From Intoshia linei (taxonomy: Eukaryota; Animalia; Orthonectida): a stretch of 53,167 bases of DNA. Every line of letters starts with the position of its first letter. Position 1 is the stretch's first letter. A program made the position numbers and the translations under genes. The stretch spans positions 1 through 53,167 of the forward strand of contig LWCA01000113.1 of assembly GCA_001642005.1 (NCBI GenBank), read 5' to 3'. Below are positions 53,014-53,167 of the stretch, piece after piece. Under the pieces are notes generated by a model. It ran no database searches, was not told where the DNA came from, and worked only from the letters and a program-made list of their open reading frames with translations.

Positions 53014-53167
53014 TCCTTACTTATATAATTATATATATTATAATATGCTACGCAATATTTATTAGTGTCTGTGTCTGTGTGTTACCGTTTATTTCAATAA
53101 CTACCAGTTTTAAAATTTTATAAAGTCCACATTTCAATTACAGTTTTTTCCAGGGGTGTTAGCAAAA
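53014..53167 (+). mobile_element. Helitron family 5' end, running off the window
   Basis: A|TCCTTACTTATATAAT..TAATATGCTACGCAATATTT..GTGTCTGTGTCTGTGTGTTACC..TAAAGTCCACAT. Confidence 0.82.

Overview
Very AT-rich eukaryotic (animal) genomic DNA. Genes are broken by many tiny GT-AG introns (34-45 bp), and almost all longer introns and intergenic stretches are packed with decayed DNA transposons. This architecture suggests a compact, fast-evolving invertebrate parasite genome such as an orthonectid (inference only). Genes reconstructed by hand: a prolidase/PEPD catalytic domain (minus strand, N-terminal exons not found), a sushi/CCP-domain type I membrane protein, an SLC16/MCT-like pseudogene, TADA2B/Ada2b, a coilin-like gene, a vasculin/GPBP1-like gene, ZnT7/SLC30A7 and alpha-spectrin (about 2666 aa, 4 exons). 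The main unannotated signal is an abundant non-autonomous Helitron family of about 13 pieces. Two copies are complete (A|TC...CTAG|T); the family has a double hairpin+CTAG 3' end and carries an embedded hAT terminus. Also present: a 2.5-kb hAT-superfamily transposase fossil with TIRs and an apparent 5-bp TSD, IR/DR-type Tc1 fossils, pogo- and hAT-type MITEs (several nested) and assembly-gap duplications. Most short ORFs in the supplied track are spurious. No rRNA, tRNA or CRISPR array was seen, and no wholly new biological system could be demonstrated from sequence alone.
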